Shown piece by piece: positions 18,722 through 26,380 of a DNA stretch of 26,470 nucleotides. The translations under genes were made by a program, and so were the position numbers. Positions within the stretch are counted from its first letter, which is position 1. The number at the start of each line of letters is the position of its first letter. Source of the stretch: a virus (Duplodnaviria; Heunggongvirae; Uroviricota; Caudoviricetes); IMG/VR virus record IMGVR_UViG_2802429219_000004. One strand, written 5' to 3'. The notes below the pieces were generated by a model, which worked only from the letters and a program-made list of their open reading frames with translations, did not search any database and had not been told where the DNA came from.

Positions 18722-18907
18722 ATAAATATCCCGCCATCTGAACACGTTTTGCACAGGCAACTCCATCTGGCAGGTGAAAAACCAATTTATTTATATATTT
18801 CAATTAATTGCAAACTGGTCTAATGACAGGGAGAAAAAAATATTGTACAGGTGAAAACAGAAATAATTTTTAATTATCAATAAATTATCACACATGCTGC
18901 CGCCGCC

Positions 18908-18980
18908 ATGAAAATGCAAAAACCAGCCTTTTTCCGCGACGCTCCCGCCCCGTGGCAGGTCACTACACCGGGAGGACCCA
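18908..18980 (-). other. cos-like element, copy 2
   Basis: 70/73 identical to copy 1, same orientation, 2535 bp away. Directly follows the ssb terminator. Sequence flanking the 73-bp core differs from copy 1. Confidence 0.55.
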
Positions 18981-19003
18981 TAAAAAAGCCGGATTGCTCC
19001 GGC
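18981..19003 (-). terminator. Intrinsic terminator after ssb
   Basis: Hairpin GCCGGA-ttgc-TCCGGC (18988..19003) followed on the minus strand by TTTTTTA, downstream of the ssb stop at 19020. Confidence 0.6.
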
Positions 19004-19019
19004 TTCTGTTACTCGTTGC

Positions 19020-19442
19020 TTAAAACGGTATTTCATCCCCGTACGGATCATCATTTCCCGCCTGTTGTTTTGCCCTGTTCAGTGCGTCAGTGACCTGCCC
19101 CAGTTGGCCTTTTTTACCACCTGGTCGCGCCGTTCTGGCACTGATTACACTGTCTGCGATAACCTGCCAGCCCTGCCGTATTTCGCCGTTCTGGCCTGTC
19201 CACTGGTTCACCTGCATGTTACCAGCCACGCTCAGGAGTTCCCCCTTGCGGTGCTTTGCCAGCGCTTCGGCCTGCCTGCCAAATGCCAAGACGGATAACC
19301 ACATCGTCGCCGTTCCGTCATCTGCCTGGCTGCATGGCAGCGGGACCGCCATACTCGCCATTGCCATTTGTGTACCCTTGCTGGTGGTCTTTAACTGCGG
19401 GTCATTTGCCAGCCGCCCGTAAGCTGCTATCTGTGCTGTCAT
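19020..19442 (-). CDS. ssb: Single-stranded DNA-binding protein (SSB-like)
   Basis: 140-aa ORF with an OB-fold-like core (MWLSVLAFGRQAEALAKHRKGELLSVAGNMQVNQWT) and an acidic C-terminal tail ending DDPYGDEIPF, like the SSB DDDIPF tip. ATG overlaps the stop of the upstream orf81. Confidence 0.7.
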   Translation of the reverse strand: MTAQIAAYGRLANDPQLKTTSKGTQMAMASMAVPLPCSQADDGTATMWLSVLAFGRQAEALAKHRKGELLSVAGNMQVNQWTGQNGEIRQGWQVIADSVISARTARPGGKKGQLGQVTDALNRAKQQAGNDDPYGDEIPF

Positions 19443-19684
19443 GCTGTCTGCTCTCCGGACTTAATGTTGATGGTTGTCACTTCCTCCGCTTCGGCAATCT
19501 CCCGTTCGGTCAGTGTGGCAAAGTTTGCAGCTGCCGTTGTCATGAATGCGCTAATCAGTTCGGGATGTGCTTTCGCATATCCTTCCCCGGCGTTGCGGTC
19601 GATGATTTTTATCGACACCCTTAACCAGTGTTCCGTCAAATCAAGAGCGTGCGATTGTGTTTTTTTTGTGTGCTTCGCTGTCAT
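19439..19684 (-). CDS. Hypothetical protein (81 aa) between the origin and ssb
   Basis: ATG at 19684; translationally coupled to ssb. No recognisable motif. Confidence 0.45.
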   Translation of the reverse strand: MTAKHTKKTQSHALDLTEHWLRVSIKIIDRNAGEGYAKAHPELISAFMTTAAANFATLTEREIAEAEEVTTINIKSGEQTA

Positions 19685-19735
19685 AGGCTTTATCTCACAG
19701 CAATAAATTAAAATTTTTGTATTTTAACTCTTCAT

Positions 19736-19958
19736 CTGTTCACCTTTTTATATTTTCCCTTTCAATTCAAAATGTTAAGTGGTGAACAGTTTCACAAAAA
19801 CTATTCACCGACTGTTCACCACTGTTCACCCTTAAAGATCGATAAATAATCAAAAAGGTGAACAGTGAATAGTTTAGTGAACAGTTCATAAATAACTGTT
19901 CACCCTATAATATACTGATATAAAAGATATTTATGACAGGGTGAACAGTGGTGAACAG
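19736..19958. repeat. Putative replication origin: iteron array of GTGAACAG in AT-rich DNA
   Basis: Nine perfect 8-mers in both orientations: GTGAACAG at 19782, 19858, 19877, 19941, 19951 and CTGTTCAC at 19736, 19812, 19822, 19896, often extended to GGTGAACAGT. Lies immediately 3' of the primase/helicase gene, as in SaPI/PICI origins. Confidence 0.65.
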
Positions 19959-19971
19959 TTATTCCATAAGT

Positions 19972-21831
19972 TTAATTTTTGCTATCGTCATTAGTGACCG
20001 ATACACATGATGGCATCCAGTCTTCTGATTCCTCCGTCAGGGTCACGTTTGAACGCAAACCGTGCTTCGTTTTCCGTTTCATATACTCCCTGCCATATTC
20101 CGCCATTGCCCCCGGCATATCTTTACCGAAGCGCGTCAGTGTTACAGGTTTACCAAACCCATGTGCCCTCATATAAGCCAGATAGGCATGATAGAGATAC
20201 CTGCGTGGGCTGAATGGCACAATTTCAGCATTACCCACTAACAGGCCATCACACATTACCGATGCCATGAGATAGCCGCAGAAGTCCACCAGCGAATCCC
20301 CCTCTCGCTTTATCGCCAGTGCTTCTTCAGATTTCTGCTGCTCATATAACAGGCGTCTGGCTTCGTCCTGATCAGCAAATCGTGTAAGCAGATGACGAAT
20401 CACTACCGCCAACTCACCTTCTATTTTTTCCGCCAGCATCGAATCGCGTTCGTTCTCCGGTACAACTTCCGAAAAATTGAATATCACCCGACGACGTGAG
20501 ATCCCCCCGCTGCGATCACTGAATGACATGGCGTTATTGTTAACCGCCAGCACTACTGCCGGAATACGCGTTGAATAGGGGGCTTTGTGTTTCGGGTCAA
20601 TTGCCACCTTGTCACCGCCTGTAATGGCCTTAATCCCTGCCCCATCACCAGCGTAGCGGGTCATATCCGGCATGATAATCAGCGAAAAGCCAACCACTAA
20701 CGCGCGTTCCCTTGCGTCTTCCAGCGCCTTCATGCTTGCTGATACTGTATTAGCCTTACCCGCCAGCATGGTGCAAATCTCCGCCATCACGCTTTTACCG
20801 CTTCCCCCCGGCCCTGTTACCTCAATGAATAACTGCCAGTCGTACCGGTTCGCCAGCACCATGAATAATGCCGCCAGTACACGATCTGCCTTGCGGTCAT
20901 TCTCAGCCACCGAACGGCGCAACCACTTCCAGAAATTCGGCGCATGTGTTGCCAGCGTTTCCCCCTCTGCTGGTGGGCTGAACGGTAATTCACTGGCAAT
21001 TAACAACCAGTCATTTTTGTTATGCTTCCGAAAATTACCTGTCCGGGTATCAAATACCCCGTTACTGAATCCAATCAGGTTACGGGCTGTATTCCCCATC
21101 ACAGGCAAGCTTAACTTCATGGTATCGACCGCCGATTTAATGGCGTTCTGCGAATAGCTGATCTCCGCATCAATGAAAATCTGCGCCATAGCACGCTGTA
21201 ACTCTTTATCCTGTACTGGCTCCCATACAACGCCGTTGTAATGGTGAACAGTGTCAGAGTCGGCATGAATCGCCAGTTCACCGCCATAACGTGCTAGGAG
21301 GACTTCACCGCGTTGACTTGCTCCCATCTGGTTAAGCGCCAGTGATGAAGCCTTATCGTCTTTTATCCGCTCTTTTTTCTTTACAGGCAGTTCAACTACT
21401 TTTTTACTTTCTGCTAATTCCCTGCTGCTCATAACCAGACTTTCTCCGCGTTCATATTCAGCTTTCAGCCCGGCAAGGCGCGGCGACCAGTCCTCCGGCG
21501 ATTCCTTATCTGCAAAGCTCCGCCAACAACGTGCATTTTGCACACCAGCAACTGCAAGTAAGGTGGCGATCTGCGTAAGACTGCGCTCTGTGATATGTCC
21601 TGCGCAATAAATGCGTACACATTCACGACCATCATCAATGATCCGGTAGTCGGTGATGTTTTTCAGTTGCTCATCAGCCAGCACAACAGGCGGCACGTTG
21701 TCGGCAGCAATATGTTTACCTGCCCACTCCTGCCACTCTTTCGCATGGCTCCACGCATCACTACCCGCAAAGATGATTACCTCTGTCAGTCTGTCGCGTG
21801 GCTGTTTTTTTAAGTTCGGTGCAAGCTTCAT
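19972..21831 (-). CDS. Replication initiator: primase/helicase (D5-N-like plus SF3/P-loop helicase)
   Basis: 619-aa ORF with Walker A GPGGSGKS and a Walker B-like LIIMPD. Size and position (upstream of the iterons) fit a PICI/P4-type Pri-Rep. ATG overlaps the stop of the upstream 99-aa ORF. Confidence 0.8.
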   Translation of the reverse strand: MKLAPNLKKQPRDRLTEVIIFAGSDAWSHAKEWQEWAGKHIAADNVPPVVLADEQLKNITDYRIIDDGRECVRIYCAGHITERSLTQIATLLAVAGVQNARCWRSFADKESPEDWSPRLAGLKAEYERGESLVMSSRELAESKKVVELPVKKKERIKDDKASSLALNQMGASQRGEVLLARYGGELAIHADSDTVHHYNGVVWEPVQDKELQRAMAQIFIDAEISYSQNAIKSAVDTMKLSLPVMGNTARNLIGFSNGVFDTRTGNFRKHNKNDWLLIASELPFSPPAEGETLATHAPNFWKWLRRSVAENDRKADRVLAALFMVLANRYDWQLFIEVTGPGGSGKSVMAEICTMLAGKANTVSASMKALEDARERALVVGFSLIIMPDMTRYAGDGAGIKAITGGDKVAIDPKHKAPYSTRIPAVVLAVNNNAMSFSDRSGGISRRRVIFNFSEVVPENERDSMLAEKIEGELAVVIRHLLTRFADQDEARRLLYEQQKSEEALAIKREGDSLVDFCGYLMASVMCDGLLVGNAEIVPFSPRRYLYHAYLAYMRAHGFGKPVTLTRFGKDMPGAMAEYGREYMKRKTKHGLRSNVTLTEESEDWMPSCVSVTNDDSKN

Positions 21832-22127
21832 TTTTTGCCCCTGAATGCGTTAATCATGCTTTTCATTTTCTGGATATTTCCCCGCACTTTTTCCCTGCTG
21901 GTGGGTTTACTGCGGGGCGCAGCATGTACCAGGGAAAAATCACGCCGGAATTGATAAACAGGCATCACGCAATCATATTCGTAACCTTCACGGCGGTAGG
22001 TGATGCGCCGTTCTGCCACGCCTTTAATCGTTACCGTACCGCCGTAGTTATCACGGAAAATATCGCCGGGGCGGATTTCAGGCCGAGAGAAGTCACTGGC
22101 AGTAAAGCCAGAATTTTTCTTTTTCAT
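21828..22127 (-). CDS. Hypothetical protein (99 aa)
   Basis: ATG at 22127; stop overlaps the primase ATG. Basic C-terminus. Function unknown. Confidence 0.45.
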   Translation of the reverse strand: MKKKNSGFTASDFSRPEIRPGDIFRDNYGGTVTIKGVAERRITYRREGYEYDCVMPVYQFRRDFSLVHAAPRSKPTSREKVRGNIQKMKSMINAFRGKK

Positions 22128-22132
22128 GGTTT

Positions 22133-22333
22133 TTATTTTCCTGTCAGTGATTCAAGTTTTATTCCGGCACGAATACAGGCCTCAGAAAAAAAAGCCAGAG
22201 AACCAACAACCTCATTATTTCTAAGGCGGCATTGTGATTTCACTTTCCCTTTATCGAGAAATATCAAAACGCGTCCCGTATAATCTGACGGCACATTAAG
22301 AACTACAGGTAAGTGCGCTTCATAATTGTGCAT
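22133..22333 (-). CDS. Hypothetical protein (66 aa)
   Basis: ATG at 22333. Part of the same minus-strand operon leading into the primase gene. Confidence 0.4.
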   Translation of the reverse strand: MHNYEAHLPVVLNVPSDYTGRVLIFLDKGKVKSQCRLRNNEVVGSLAFFSEACIRAGIKLESLTGK

Positions 22334-22529
22334 GCTGCGCCCCCTGACGAATACAGGCAGTGAATACCATCACGCAGCCAACCGTGGATTGCTGGCGGAC
22401 TTCCTGTTCGCTGGTGGCCTCGATGTGAATCACGCGCGGTTGTGCGGTGCTCAGGGCGATAAAACGCCAGATGTATTTATTCAGGTTGTGCGAGTCCCGC
22501 CCTTGCGGGTGTGTGGTATGATTTAACAT
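22320..22529 (-). CDS. Hypothetical protein (69 aa), first gene of the replication operon
   Basis: ORF 22320..22895 trimmed to ATG at 22529 (MLNHTTHPQG...), preceded by a GAGGT SD. The track's long N-terminal extension is antisense to the plus-strand cargo gene and is rejected. Confidence 0.4.
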   Translation of the reverse strand: MLNHTTHPQGRDSHNLNKYIWRFIALSTAQPRVIHIEATSEQEVRQQSTVGCVMVFTACIRQGAQHAQL

Positions 22530-22624
22530 AGCTACCTCGATACTGTTGCTATCGTTGGTGGTTAGACGCCCTGCATGTGTTCCAGCACTGCGGGGCGTTG
22601 CGTTATTAAATGCACACGTGTTAA

Positions 22625-22669
22625 TGTGTACACCTATCGAATGAAAACATAACGCTATAGGTGTACACA
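22625..22669 (+). promoter_or_regulatory. Operator-like inverted repeat upstream of the Arc-like gene
   Basis: Perfect 13-bp inverted repeat TGTGTACACCTAT (22625..22637) and ATAGGTGTACACA (22657..22669), 19 bp apart. Each arm contains the palindrome GTGTACAC. The right arm abuts the ATG at 22669. Confidence 0.5.
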
Positions 22670-22863
22670 TGTCAACAATAATTAAACGCGATAAAAAACC
22701 CAAAGGGACAGGAAAGGCTCCCCCTTTCCATATGCGTATAGCTCCAGAACTGAAAGAACAGTTTGATAGCGAGGCTAATAATGATGGTGTAAGCCTTGCT
22801 AACTGGCTTAAAGAGTTAGGGCGCTCCGAACTAAAGCGGCGCGGTATCGAACCTAAGGGGTGA
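22669..22863 (+). CDS. Arc/MetJ-like ribbon-helix-helix DNA-binding protein (64 aa)
   Basis: Basic N-terminal tail, then a strand-helix-helix pattern (PPFHMRIAPELKEQFDSEANNDGVSLANWLKELGR) reminiscent of Arc/Mnt repressors. Opposite strand to the rest of the island; AT-rich. Confidence 0.55.
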   Translation: MSTIIKRDKKPKGTGKAPPFHMRIAPELKEQFDSEANNDGVSLANWLKELGRSELKRRGIEPKG

Positions 22864-22894
22864 ATTACTACTTCTATGATAGGATATATTAACA

Positions 22895-23338
22895 ATGAAG
22901 AGATTTAGAACAATATTACTGAAAATACTCGGTGCAAAAACATCCATTGCCATATTATGTGTTTTTTGTGGAGCAAGCTTTTTGTTCGGCCAATATCTTA
23001 ATGATATGAATCTATTCGCCAGCTCAGGTGCAATTATTTCAGTTTTTGGATTGTTGTATACAATCAAGTTCACAACTTTAAAAAAATTATCTAATCGCGA
23101 AGCTGAAATTAATTCACGCAGTGGCGTAACTGGCCCGCCATTGTCTGCGGAAGAATCACAAAAGATACGAGAAGAAAACTTAGCTAAAGCTCGAGTTGAG
23201 GTCAGAGAGGAAATAAAAGCTGAAGTACTCGGGGTTGGACTAACTGTTTTTGGCACCATTATATGGGCATATGGCGGATACATAAAAATTATTCCATCCC
23301 TCGTAATGTGGATAAGACATTCATTGTTGATGCAATAG
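22895..23338 (+). CDS. Small membrane protein (147 aa): two N-terminal TM helices, a charged coiled-coil segment, one C-terminal TM helix
   Basis: Hydrophobic segments ILLKILGAKTSIAILCVFCGASFLF, AIISVFGLLYTIKF and VGLTVFGTIIWAYGGYIKII flank a charged stretch SAEESQKIREENLAKARVEVREEIKAEV. Markedly low-GC sequence. Followed by a plus-strand terminator. Confidence 0.55.
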   Translation: MKRFRTILLKILGAKTSIAILCVFCGASFLFGQYLNDMNLFASSGAIISVFGLLYTIKFTTLKKLSNREAEINSRSGVTGPPLSAEESQKIREENLAKARVEVREEIKAEVLGVGLTVFGTIIWAYGGYIKIIPSLVMWIRHSLLMQ

Positions 23339-23360
23339 AGAAAAATATAAAAATAAAACT

Positions 23361-23390
23361 GGCGACCACCTCGGTCGCCTTTACTTTTAT
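23361..23390 (+). terminator. Intrinsic terminator ending the plus-strand cargo cassette
   Basis: Hairpin GGCGACC-acctc-GGTCGCC (23361..23379) followed by TTTACTTTTAT. Confidence 0.6.
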
Positions 23391-23554
23391 CTAAAGTCCA
23401 ATTGATAAAATAAAGAACTGCAGCATCTATTCCTGCAAAACTTCATGCTTTCAGGACGGCTGCTCATATGTCATTTTTTAGCAGAAGATTTTGCCTTGCT
23501 GGTGGGGAGCTTCCCGGTTAACACGATGTATCGTATAATCAGCAATGCGCGTGG

Positions 23555-24136
23555 TTACTGAATACGCTCACCAAAGTAAAACTCAGGCTGATATTCACGT
23601 ATCAGCCTTTTTTCTTCTTCCTCCAGCTCACGCTTTTTGCGCTTACATGCCTGTAGCTCCCTCCCCTTCTCGCTGGCACTTATTTGATATTGCTCTTTAC
23701 GGCGGGAAAAATCCTGTAATGCACCCCACGGGATACCATAAGCCCCCGTTTTTCTGATACCTGGTATCACATTCCTGAATACCCAGTTACTGAAACGATG
23801 GGCGAACGTGCCAGGAGTAACAGCTTTGCGACTTCTGGCGATCAGCTTGTAAAAACCAGATTCAGAAACGACGCTATGATTTGGATTTCCGCGAATACCG
23901 TAGCTTAAAGCGACGGTATTCTTCTCATCCACATCCAGAGCTTTTAGAGCATCGCGTGAGTTGCTTATTTCCAGAGCTTCACAAACATCCTTTGCAATAA
24001 ACCACGGATCGCCGTTCAGATACACCACACGAACATCCACGCCATCAAAGCGCAGAACGACAAGATCACGAATATCGCAGAATTTTTTTACTGAACGAGC
24101 GTACCCCTTGCCCGTCACGGCAATATTTTTATTCAT
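23555..24136 (-). CDS. Bro-N domain protein (antirepressor-like)
   Basis: 193-aa ORF. N-terminal segment FDGVDVRVVYLNGDPWFIAKDVCEALEI matches the Bro-N signature. Charged, coiled-coil-like C-terminus. Confidence 0.7.
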   Translation of the reverse strand: MNKNIAVTGKGYARSVKKFCDIRDLVVLRFDGVDVRVVYLNGDPWFIAKDVCEALEISNSRDALKALDVDEKNTVALSYGIRGNPNHSVVSESGFYKLIARSRKAVTPGTFAHRFSNWVFRNVIPGIRKTGAYGIPWGALQDFSRRKEQYQISASEKGRELQACKRKKRELEEEEKRLIREYQPEFYFGERIQ

Positions 24137-24154
24137 CGTTTTTTACCTCACATA

Positions 24155-24181
24155 CAAAAAACCCCGCATTGCGTGCGGGGT
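24155..24181 (-). terminator. Intrinsic terminator between alpA and the Bro-N gene
   Basis: Hairpin CCCCGCA-ttgcg-TGCGGGG (24162..24180) followed on the minus strand by TTTTTTGT. Confidence 0.55.
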
Positions 24182-24194
24182 ATGAAAGATATTA

Positions 24195-24398
24195 TTAGTG
24201 GGGATTGGCCTGTTCTCGTTGTTTATCTAACCATGCCTCTACATCTCTACGGTGCCAGGTATGCCGCCGCCCAATTCTGAACGGTTGAGGAAAACCATTA
24301 TTTTCATCTTTCCAGAAATTGATGAATGCGCTCATTGCCCCATAGCGCAAAATTTTCATTACGTCTTTAGTAAATAAAATATCTTCATTGGTATTCAT
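24195..24398 (-). CDS. alpA: AlpA-family transcriptional regulator / excisionase-like protein
   Basis: 67-aa ORF immediately downstream of int. Has the AlpA-like pattern (KDVMKILRYG...FPQPFRIGRRHTWHRRDVEAWL). GGAG SD 8 nt upstream. Confidence 0.7.
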   Translation of the reverse strand: MNTNEDILFTKDVMKILRYGAMSAFINFWKDENNGFPQPFRIGRRHTWHRRDVEAWLDKQREQANPH

Positions 24399-24410
24399 TT
24401 GCTGAACTCC

Positions 24411-25649
24411 TCAACCATTTACTATTCTCAAACCTTTCTTACCACCGGATCTATTAATTACCCCTTTTCTCGCCTCATCAAAAAAATCTCCTACCCATTG
24501 CATCATAATTTTGCGTTGTTCTAAATAAGTAGTTCTATTATAAATATCTCTTATTTTATCACCACTTTTATGTGCTAATGCAGCCTCAATAACATCAGGG
24601 TTAAAACCCTCCTCATTTAAAAGCGTACTCCACATCGAACGAAAACCGTGTAACGTTACAATCCCTTTGAACTTGCTGGCAGCAATTGGGGTATTGATAG
24701 TATTCTTTCCCATAGGAGCATCTTTTGTTCTGGAGGAAAAAAATATATAACGCCCTCTTTTTATTTCCTGCATTGTTCTTAGGATTCTAATAGCCTGTGA
24801 TGAGAGAGGCACAACATGTTCACGATGGCATTTCATTTTATGCGCGGGGATAATCCACAAGCCAGAATCAAAATCAATCTCGGACCACTCTGCTTTAATC
24901 GCCTCACCTGGCCTGACCATTGTCAATATCTGGAATAAAAGTGCATTGTGAGCTATTTGATACTTATGAGGCACACTATCCCACCAACTCAGAAATTCAG
25001 GCAATCTTTCAACAGGTAGTGCAGCTAATGATTTATTTTTCTTTCCTGTGAATGCAGTTTTTATCTTAAGTAATGGATTCGTTTTCAATGCTCCACAATT
25101 TACAGCGTAATTCATAATTTCATTTAATCTTGATATTAATTTTTTTTGCAACGCATTCTTATCGGATACGGCATCCAGAGCATTAATAGCTACTGGCGCT
25201 GTAATTTTCTCTATGCTGTACTTACCAAAGAAAGGAACAAGATATTTGTATACTTCATATTCGATATTATACAGCGTAGGTTTCCGCAATTCCGATCCCT
25301 TTTTAAAAGCGATCCATGCATTAGCAACAGCTTCAAATGTTTGTAGATTTTTTAGTGACATCTCAATTTTACGATTTTTCTTCTCTGTCACTGGATCAAC
25401 TCCACGTGCAATCATTCGCCGAAGTTCATCACGTACTTCCCGTGCTTCCGCGAGTGAGAATTCAGGAAAACGCCCTATCGTGTATGTCTGCCGTTTCTTC
25501 GTTATCGGATGGCTATAACGGAAACGCCACACTTTCCCACCAGCTTTACTCACATTCAGCAATAAACCGAACCCATCATAAACGGCATAGTCCTTTTCAC
25601 GTGGTTTCATTCCCTTAACTTCAGTCACAGTTAATGGCTTTACCGGCAT
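24411..25649 (-). CDS. int: Tyrosine integrase, P4 / CP4-57 type
   Basis: 412-aa ORF. N-terminal arm-binding-type region (LTVTEVKGMKPREKDYAVYDGFGLLLNVSKAGGKVWRFRY) and C-terminal catalytic region with HGFRSMWSTLL and a downstream His/Tyr. Start lies about 160 bp from the attR core. Confidence 0.9.
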   Translation of the reverse strand: MPVKPLTVTEVKGMKPREKDYAVYDGFGLLLNVSKAGGKVWRFRYSHPITKKRQTYTIGRFPEFSLAEAREVRDELRRMIARGVDPVTEKKNRKIEMSLKNLQTFEAVANAWIAFKKGSELRKPTLYNIEYEVYKYLVPFFGKYSIEKITAPVAINALDAVSDKNALQKKLISRLNEIMNYAVNCGALKTNPLLKIKTAFTGKKNKSLAALPVERLPEFLSWWDSVPHKYQIAHNALLFQILTMVRPGEAIKAEWSEIDFDSGLWIIPAHKMKCHREHVVPLSSQAIRILRTMQEIKRGRYIFFSSRTKDAPMGKNTINTPIAASKFKGIVTLHGFRSMWSTLLNEEGFNPDVIEAALAHKSGDKIRDIYNRTTYLEQRKIMMQWVGDFFDEARKGVINRSGGKKGLRIVNG

Positions 25650-25810
25650 CTATCGCCCTCATTTTTTAGTCCGTCATGTAGTCCTTTCAAGTCGATAACA
25701 AGCGATAAACTAACTCATTATCAAGTAAAGAGAGGAAACACAAAAAATCACAACTCATTGAAAAGACTACAAAACGACACCAGAACATAAAAACAGGTAA
25801 GAAATGTACC

Positions 25811-26380
25811 CTACATCCAGAAACTGGCGATACGGGAGCGGCGCGGTTCACCGGAAACGTTGCCGTTACGATCAATGACCTGACCTTCACGCAACCAGAC
25901 TCCTGCACTATTGAGCTCACGCTTTTTCTCCGCAGTGATAATGCCGCTGCAGTGCGGGCAAAGTAGATACGCCGCCTCACTGGCTTTAAAGGGATCCGGT
26001 TCATTACGGTAGCCGGTCATGGCATCCATAGCTGGCTGAAAATATTCACCGCAGTGCGGACATGGCCAGTACCAGCGGCGGCGGTCACCACGATTGTAAA
26101 GGGAAAGAATACCAGTCGTCGGTGGCGCTTCATGAGGCGACTTACGTCGCCATTTGCTGTCGCAGATGTCACGTCCCGGCGAGCTCTCCACCAGAGTCAT
26201 CCCGGCGGACATAAATGTGGTGGTACGTTTTGAGGCCAGGGAGAAACCATCACCCTCGCTGTCGATATTCTCCGGAAAACGGTCGTAATCGGTTAAGGCG
26301 ACAAACCGGTAATCCGACGACGACATAATGTTGACCGAGGGCCTGTCAACGCCACGATGTTTGACCGTTATTTGCCATTT
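25811..26380 (-). CDS. A: Terminase large subunit (gpA-like), upstream segment of the split gene; 5' end unresolved
   Basis: Frame open from the stop at 26381..26383 to TAG at 25811; first ATG at 26326. Contains WYWPCPHCGEYFQ and LLCPHCSGII, resembling the CPHCGE region of lambda gpA. Ends ...RSRIASFWM, continuing in register with MEGPAAAYQTW at 15075. Confidence 0.7.
   Translation of the reverse strand, partial: KWQITVKHRGVDRPSVNIMSSSDYRFVALTDYDRFPENIDSEGDGFSLASKRTTTFMSAGMTLVESSPGRDICDSKWRRKSPHEAPPTTGILSLYNRGDRRRWYWPCPHCGEYFQPAMDAMTGYRNEPDPFKASEAAYLLCPHCSGIITAEKKRELNSAGVWLREGQVIDRNGNVSGEPRRSRIASFWM
25814..25823. repeat. Right attachment-site core (attR): CATCCAG followed by AAA
   Basis: Identical 7-bp core to 15073..15079. 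Lies in the last codons (F-W-M) of the terL N-terminal segment, which then hits TAG immediately. Confidence 0.65.

Larger units (their letters stand above)
15080..25813. mobile_element. Integrative satellite-like island (PICI-like), about 10.7 kb, inserted within terL
   Basis: Bounded by the CATCCAG direct repeat. Integrase is adjacent to the right junction. Content: int, alpA, Bro-N, primase/helicase, iteron ori, ssb, protease/capsid paralog, terS, cos-like sites. No tail, lysis, portal or large-terminase genes. GC content drops markedly in the int and cargo segments. Confidence 0.75.

Noticed and set aside
19736-19958. GTGAACAG repeat cluster as a possible CRISPR array
   Set aside because: Repeats are only 8 to 10 bp, occur in both orientations with irregular spacing, and sit in AT-rich DNA next to a replication initiator gene. 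This is an iteron origin, not a CRISPR array.
22530-22895. Upstream part of the long minus-strand ORF 22320..22895
   Set aside because: It is antisense to the plus-strand Arc-like gene and its operator. An ATG with SD at 22529 gives a compact 69-aa gene.
25687-26004. Minus-strand ORF 25687..26004 spanning the attR junction
   Set aside because: Out of frame with the terL segment, crosses the att core into island DNA, and has no SD. Considered a chance ORF.
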